Shown here: positions 56,170 to 64,000 of the stretch, one piece after another
Position numbering within the stretch: the first letter of the stretch is position 1
How the letters are laid out: each line of letters starts with the position of its first letter
Position numbers and translations under genes: made by a program
Assembly (NCBI GenBank): GCA_964016885.1
Contig: CAXHJY010000292.1
Span: 1 to 64,000, forward strand
DNA length: 64,000 bases
Origin: Eledone cirrhosa
Lineage: Eukaryota
Direction: 5' to 3'
The notes under the pieces: model-generated
Told to the model about the DNA's origin: nothing
What the model saw: the letters and a program-made list of their open reading frames with translations, nothing else
Database searches by the model: none

Positions 56170-58735
56170 TCCTCATCATCTTCATTTTATGTCTATTTTT
56201 CCATGCTTGCATGATTTGGACAAGTCTTTTCCAATATAAGTTCCCTCCATTCGTAGCAGTCTTTCATCATCTCCTCTTTGAACTTCAGTAATTTGAGACC
56301 AAGCAAGACAAACACTGCATATGTCTTCCTTGGTCCCCCTCTACTGCAGCTTCATTCCACTAGGAATTCTCGTCACTTCTTCACTCAACGATCATCATCC
56401 ATATGCATCATGTATCCATACTTGTGCACTACATCTGATTTCTCTCCAACCTTTACATATCCTCTGCATCCACTATCTATGTGTCACTACCATGCTACTT
56501 TGCACATCACACACAGGCATCATATAGCTGATCTTTCATTTGTAGAGTGAAACCTGTTGTTGTCAACAAAGATAGTAACTTCCTGAACTTTTTCTATCTT
56601 GTTCTTATTCTAACTACTGTGTTCTCAGAACACCATCTTTCACTGCTAATTAGACAGCCTCGGTAGCAGAAGCTACCAACCAAGTCTAGGGGCCCCTCTT
56701 GGGATTGAAAAAGTTTATTACACTGATGCTCTGATTACCAACTATACCCTCTGTATCTATTACATTTAAAGTCTACCTTTTCTAATAGTCTGCCTGCTAT
56801 CTCATTAGACCTCTTGTATACCCAAGATTTGCATTATGTAAATCATATAGAGTTTCTACCTATGCTTTATCATGCATGGGATCACGGCCCTGTCTTCTTT
56901 CCTACTTGCTAAAACTTGTGCTTTCCCCATGTTTACTCAAAGCTATACAGACGGGGAATTTCAAGAATGGCCTGGAAAAATGTATGTGAAATAAACATTA
57001 AGTCGTTGATGGTGAAGAAACGAAATGGGGAAATTATCAAATCCTCAAGCAGACATTTAAAAGAATGGAAACAGTATTTTTCAAATCTCCTAAATGCCCA
57101 ACCAATTATATCAACTTGAGAAGTTTTCCCACAGAACACCTTCTCAAGGGGGATTTCACTGAGGCTGAAAGCCCTGAATAATTACAAAGCCTTTGTGTAT
57201 GATTAAGACATGATTGCTGAAAAGGTTATCAAACATGGTGACAGTGCTATATAATCTTGACTCCTAAGACTCATCAGCATGATCAAAACCAACTAAAACC
57301 ACTAACTGACTGAGACAAAACATCATAGTACCTCTTCTTAAGAAAGGTGACCACACAAAAATGAAAATTTACAAGAGGATCCCTCTAATGAGCATATAAA
57401 TCAAACTGTACAAAGTGCTTTTAGATTAAATTAGATGTGAACTAGATAAGAAGCACAGTAAATCATGTTGGTTTCCTGTCAGGCAGAGGATGGATTGAGT
57501 ATATTCAAACCCTGTGCAGGATATTAAAAGCTGTGATGCAAATAACCTTCCTTTATTATCTCTTTTTGAGGATTTTAAGAAGGCTTTTGATTCCATAGAT
57601 CACAATGTTGTCTTCAGGATCATGAAATTAAGCCTAACCAAAGTCATCAAAATCCTATATGAAAACACTACATCATCAATCATTGTTTATGCTGAGCTAT
57701 TGGAGGAATTTGAAGTTACAATTGGCATTCTCCAAGGGGATGTATTGGTACCGTATCTTTTCATTGTTGTGATTTACTGGGTGATGAGACATGCCAATAT
57801 TAATGATCTTGGTTTTATCTCACATAAGTGTCAATCCAAAAGATATCCTGGGAAAAGGGTTGATGACCTTGAATATGCAGATGATCGGCCTGTTGGAGAA
57901 GGAATTTGAAAGCAGTCAAAAAGCAACTTCATTCACTGACCTCTACAGCTAAAGAAGTAGGTTTTAATTATCATTGATATGGTGACAAATTTTGACCACA
58001 TTAATATAACCTTAGATGGAACAACACTTAAGAGTGTTGATGATTTCTAGTATCTAGGGTCATTCGTCAATGATACCATGAAGGATTTCAAGTTTAGAAG
58101 GTCAATAGCTTGGACAACCTTTTGAAAACTGAAAAAATATCAGTCGAGTGCAAGTATCCCACTAAAAATCAATTTTTTAAAAGTGTCAGTCCTTCCTATT
58201 CCTCTATGCAACTGAGTAATACACTATCACAAAAAAGCTAGAAAAGAAAATTAACACTTTTCAAACTCAGTGTCTACGAATCATACTTAATATCAGCAGA
58301 ACAGACCATGTCAGCAATCAATATGTATAAAAGCCTACTAGTTAATACAGTGATTTATTGACAGTTATAAATCATTGGACATTCTATTAGAAGAAGCAAG
58401 GAAATTTGATTCAGCAATATTGTCTGTATGTCTCATAGCATGGATAAGGAAGCAGATATAGACAGAAATCAAGCTATGTTATGTGCCTTAGTCCTGACAT
58501 CCAACTCCTAGACAGAGTGGCATAGAGATATGTTGCTGAGGCAACCACTTGTTTCTTCATACTAGGATGAGACAGTACTGCTTGAGAGATTAATTCTAAG
58601 TAGCGTTTCCAAAGTTAGAGTTTTTTCTCTAGTTCTATACATTCAACCAAGTTACCAGCATACAGAATACCACATGGAAAGCCAGTCTTAAACTACTCTG
58701 TTAAGGCCTGGAGAACTATAATAAACAGAGTGTAC
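56170..58735. mobile_element. Old A-type RTE (minus; 56170-56915 and ~58580-58735) interrupted by an old family-B-like LINE (plus; ~56916-58570)
   Basis: Plus: FEDFKKAFDSI, GILQGDVLVPYLFIVVI, LEYADD. The minus pieces are consecutive parts of the A-type RT. Confidence 0.75.
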
Positions 58736-58879
58736 CTTATATTTATATTCAATGTATGTATATATAGGGTTGGTGCCATGATAAAATGCACACAGTAGAA
58801 TGCAGGATTGTATTTCAGGCCAACAGCCCACCAAGAGATTAGTAACTCTGTTTGAGTACTGACCAATCTGGAATGACAT

Positions 58880-59330
58880 ATTCAACCCTTGCTAACTGAG
58901 AAAACCAATGCTAAATGATGGTGTTGATTGAGAAAAGGCTTTTGAAGCATACCTCGATCTATTATCCGGTGGTCCTTAAGAAAATTAGGTATAGAAGAAT
59001 GGCTTGTGAGAGCAGTGCAAGCCATGTTCAGAAGAGCTGTTAATAAAATGAAAGTAAGAAGTGGATTTAGTGAGGAATTCAAGGTACAGGTAGGAGTTCA
59101 TCTGGGTTTGGTTCCCAACCCACTTCCATTCTCAAGCCATAACAGAGGAGTTTAAGACTGGCTGCTCATGGAAACTTTTCTATGTGGATATGTTCTTATG
59201 AATCCATAAAAGAACTAGAGAATAAGTTCTGATTCTGGAAACAGAATTTACAATCAAAATGGCTGAGAGTAAATTTAGAAAAACCTCAAGTGTTGGTAAG
59301 CTGGAAAAAAAAGACATTGCAATCGTGGAA
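58880..59330 (+). mobile_element. Degenerate RTE RT fragment
   Basis: PRSIIRWSLRKLGIEEWLVRAVQAMFR..SEEFKVQVGVH. Confidence 0.8.
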
Positions 59331-62300
59331 AAATAGGTGTAAAAATAACAATAATAATGATGATGATGATCTATATACATTATATATTTCATCATCTTCA
59401 AACATCGCTTTTCTGTGCTAGCAAGGGTTGAATTGTCACAAACCAAGTCAATAATTAATCAGTGACACTAACCTATCAGATGGTCTGGGGACCCATATCT
59501 TGCTTACATAAGTCCCTGCACTCTATAGAGTGCATTGGGGGCATTCTATCATGGCACCAACACAAGAGAGGCTGCCATGTTTTTAATACAACTGATGGGT
59601 TCTCCCGAGCCCATATTTTGCAAATTTTCAATAGCTGCCCTTCCTATTACTAAACACCTTACCAAGTGTACTGGGTGCATATTTGTGGCACCAACAGTAG
59701 CACCTTACAGTTACTATATATATAGTAATTGGTAATATCCCAGTAGTGAGCACACTCCATTCCAGCTCATTTGCAAGTTGGCTGGCTTAGAACTATACCA
59801 ACTCTGTACTTAAACATACATTGAATACTACTCTGTTCTGTGATATTTCTGGCCTCCATATTATGAACAATTCATATATGATGATGATGATATAAGAAAA
59901 TAATTGAACAACGTAATGTTTTCTCCACTTACTATACATGTAACAACTCTAAAAGATTCACATAAAACATAAATTAGCTGACAGAGCAGCTGGAAATTAT
60001 TACATTGCTACATATACTAGCTAACATATAGCATGTATGAACATGCTAAATTAAGTTGATAATGACTAATAACTATACATATTAAGTATAGAACATAAAT
60101 TCAAAACTGCTATATTACCCTTTATAATGTTATAGTGATAATTGAGATAATCATGAATATTAAGAATTTACATAAGATTTGTAGCAGTGTGGTTAATGAA
60201 TTCACTTTACAACCACATGATTTGGGGTTTACTTTCATTGTGTGTTGCCATGGACTGGTGTCTTCTACTATAACCTTGGCTTTCCCAATGCTGTGTGAGT
60301 GAAATTTGATAAATGAAAACCACTGAAACTATGCTCCCATTCATTTTTCCATTGCTGATACTATTTGCTGGCTGTAATTCCTAGAAGAAAGGAGAATTTG
60401 AATTCAGAACACACTGAACCAAATCAGGTACTGTGAAGCATTCTGTATGACTAACAATTCTGCCAATCCATTGTCCATGGACTGGTACTTTATCATTCCA
60501 AAATGGATGAAAAGCAAATTTGACTGTGGCAGGATTTGAAAGCAAAGCACAGAGAGAATGAATAGATACCAATTCTCAAATACATGTGTATGTGTGTGCC
60601 CTTGTCTGTATTTTTAAATCTGTGCCTGCGTCTCTGTCCTATAACATAGTTGACAAAAAGAGTTTTATAAAATACATATCAGATTTTAAAATACAAGGGT
60701 TTGATATATTTAACTAAATACTTTTAAGGTGGTGCCACAGCATGGCTGCAGTCTAATGACTAAAACCAGTAAAAGAATTAAAGAATGTTGGTGCAGGCAT
60801 GGCTGTCTAATTAAAAAGTCTGCTTTGCAAATACATGGTTTAGAGTTTCACAATCTTTAGTAGCTTGGGCTGCATGTGAGTGAAATATATTAGATGGAAA
60901 CTTTACAGAGACCATGTGATAGATTGTGTAAGTTCTTAGGTAGTATACTATTACTTGATTTAACACCATAAACTAGCTCTAAGGTGCATTTACCAGACAG
61001 AGTCTAATCTGCTACAAGCACATGGACATGGTTCTGAGGATAATTAAATATCCAGATATGCTGCAACAGACCATGTGTTGTGGTTTCATCTTCTCTTTCT
61101 ACTCCTCACCAGTCTCAAAGGCCCTGAAACAAGGTCAAAGGGATACCATTTTCTTCTCTAAGCCATACCAGATGGGTTAAATAATTAACTAAAATAATTA
61201 CAATGTGTTACAGTCATGACAGACATATACTCCTCCCCCTCCTACACACACAGATCCTCTATTATGTTCATGATTGGAGAGGCCATGAAAAGAGATGGCA
61301 GAAGATGCTTAGCTACAACCTCCTCATGCCTAATCAGATACTAAGATTCTCTTATAAATGGAAGCCAGAAGTAGGAGGCAAAGCAAATCTGCCAAGATCT
61401 GGTTAAGGTTTGTGAAGGAGGACTTGATAGACATAAGTCTGGCCTGGGAGCACACCTGTGACAAAGCTTGCAACTATGTTAGGAGCAAGAGGAACTATCT
61501 TCGATTTGGTTTAATATTATAAGAGTATTCCTTACCATACTTATTTTATGTCACTTTTTCCATGATGGTATGGATTGGATGGGTTGTCATGATCAGCTTC
61601 ACTTCTTAGAGTTACTGCCCTTGTAATTGAGTTGGAGGAACACAACTAATATATTTTGATATGGTTTCTATTGTTGGGTGCTCTTCCTAAATACAAGGTT
61701 GGAGTGAGGGGCTAGTTGATTAAATTGACCACCATCCCACAGTACTTGATTTGTATTTTATTTTATTGAAGGCTGAAAGGTAAAGTTGACTTTAGTTTGA
61801 TTTGAACTGAGAATATAGTTAGCTATAAATAAAAATCTATATTATAATAGACATTATTACTATTCATTCATATGGGTATTCTGAGTTGAGATGAAGCATA
61901 TTTGTTGTTAGATACAGTTAGCCTAAAACTTACAGAGCTCTGACCAGTCAGTTGACTTGAGATGCAGGCACTGCATTTTATGTGGATATGTGGTGGGTAG
62001 TGGCAGTAAGTCAGTCAGTGATCAGGTGACCCATTAGATGAAGAGATGGTAATGGTGTATTAGATGTTGGCTTTGGAGGTGAGACAGATATCTTGGGTGT
62101 TTGTGTAGTCCTTATTTTGATCAGAAAGCTATGTAAGCATGTATGACATTAATTGATGGAGGGAATTAAAGGATTGCAAAAGAATCAGATTCTACAGCAA
62201 TGGCATTAGAATCAAATAAATGCAACAATGAAGGAATGCTGTGAACATTGAATTCCTTGAGGACAATGAATCATCAATGTCATCATCATTATCACCTCCA

Positions 62301-63369
62301 TTACCATCATTACCACCTCCATTACAATCACTACCCCTACAAACATCATTATCCTTATCATCAATGAAGCAGTAACATGTTTTCTGGAAGCAGTTTGCTA
62401 CCCTAAGTTTGTAAATTTCATGCAAATAAGCGACATAAAGCAGAGATCCCAAACAACAACAACAACTCCATCATCAACCTTCAACACCACCATCGATGCT
62501 ACCATCACCATATATTTAAGGATTCTTCACTTTTTTACATTTTACACTAACTTTTTACTATGATAGTTGGATTCAAATATGGTAATTAATGCAACATGTT
62601 TCTGTTTTATCATCACGTTGACAGCATGGAGAGAAAACATGGTTTTGTTTACAACGATTACTTCCTCATTCCTAAATAGTCAATGCGACATTTTACATAA
62701 TTTTATCACATTACCACGGCCATCCTCGTGACCCTGCACCATCCTCACTGATATACAAGTATCTCAGAATGCTAAAAAATAATGATATATTTCTTAAGCA
62801 TTACCATATAGTAAATTAAACATGAGGAAAATGTCCGTAAGAAGAACATAAAAAACATTTAGTAAATCACAATTGCATCATTATTAATAAGAGATGCCTA
62901 ACAATGTACTAAAATGTTTGGAATAGTTGAATAATTCCTTTAGGTATAATTACCAAATAATCTAAAGTAAAAATATATATAGGTACTCCTATAACAACAT
63001 GGAATAACAAATGAAGATCAGAAATCAGAAAGTCTAATTGTCACTGACCAGAATAATTAACAGCACATAATTAGACATTAACAAAAATGATTGTATTTAA
63101 ATATGCAAATAAACATGATTGTGATCATCATCATCAGCAGCATCAGTAATTTAACATAGTATTTTTTGGCTATGAATTGCTGAAGTCTTCTGTAAAATTC
63201 TCCATACATGTACAGACTACGTCATTTCATTTTTGAGAATAGCAGTTCTCATACCCAACCCTGCTACTTCCTATGAAATACTTCTTTGTCTTTTTAAAGT
63301 TGTACTTGTTTGGCAAGTGACTTGATTTGAGAGCATGTGGTGAAAGTAAAGCAATCGCATCATGGAAGA

Positions 63370-63800
63370 TTCAGTTTAGCCATTCAAAAAACAAAAAGGA
63401 AATACTGTTATATTCTCTTTTCATTTATTTAATTTATTTCATGACATTTGTGGAAGAATGTGAAAGATGTGCAAAAGCAGGAGAAAATGAATCAAGGATA
63501 TTCCATTAGATGTATAATGTTAGTGTGCTTCAACAACAAAGCACAAATGAGTTGAAGGAAAAACTAGACATAAGAAGAATCAAATATTATATGAAGAAGA
63601 GAAGATTACATTGAAACAGACATGTAACACATGGGGATGATAATCGTTGGGTGAAGAAGTTCTAGAAGTTCTAAATAGAAGCAGGTTGTGGAAGAGGAAA
63701 ACCAAGAAAAATTAGGCAAGGGCAGTAAAAGCTGATCTCAATAAACTGAACCTTCAAAAGGAAATGACAAAGAGATGAGAAAGAACCAAGTAGTGAGAGG
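63370..63800 (+). mobile_element. Degenerate RTE 3' fragment
   Basis: Decayed NES..FH, ELKEKLDIRRIK, DDNRWVKK, GRGKPRK motifs. Confidence 0.65.
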
Positions 63801-64000
63801 ATTACTGAGTAAGACTCACTTAACTTATGAATACATAGAAAATAGATGTAAAAATGATGAAGACAATGATAATAGTGATAATAGTAACGGTTTTTGTGTT
63901 TTTGAATGGCTAAAATGACTTTCCACAATGTAATTGCTTCAGTTTCAGCACAATTTCAAATCAAGTTGCTTGCCAAACAAGTACAACTCTGAAATGACAA

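Overview
AT-rich animal genomic DNA with no host gene I can support. The SINE/RTE repertoire and the long (TA)n/(TACA)n arrays suggest a coleoid cephalopod such as Octopus (inference). 1-30 kb holds old repeats: a deleted Gypsy LTR element, RTE LINE remnants, tRNA-derived SINEs, and mariner- and piggyBac-like MITEs. From about 30.3 to 56.1 kb there is a nest of young retroelements inserted into TA microsatellites. Its centrepiece is a 6.9-kb Penelope-like element (PLE) locus. Two near-identical, head-to-head RT + GIY-YIG ORFs (DKT and CxCx5Cx5C motifs, Hydra-clade-like) form a ~3-kb-arm inverted repeat, and each arm ends in a minimal type I hammerhead ribozyme. The nest also contains a third, unrelated hammerhead in a ~290-bp ORF-less insert and a fragment of a second PLE family. 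It further holds tail-to-tail RTE LINEs whose RT carries an embedded PHD finger, a twin-primed RTE-group copy, a CR1 3' end, and two copies of a discrete 606-bp non-coding element with structured ends. The long I/Y/M/C/H-rich ORFs in the track are microsatellite artefacts.
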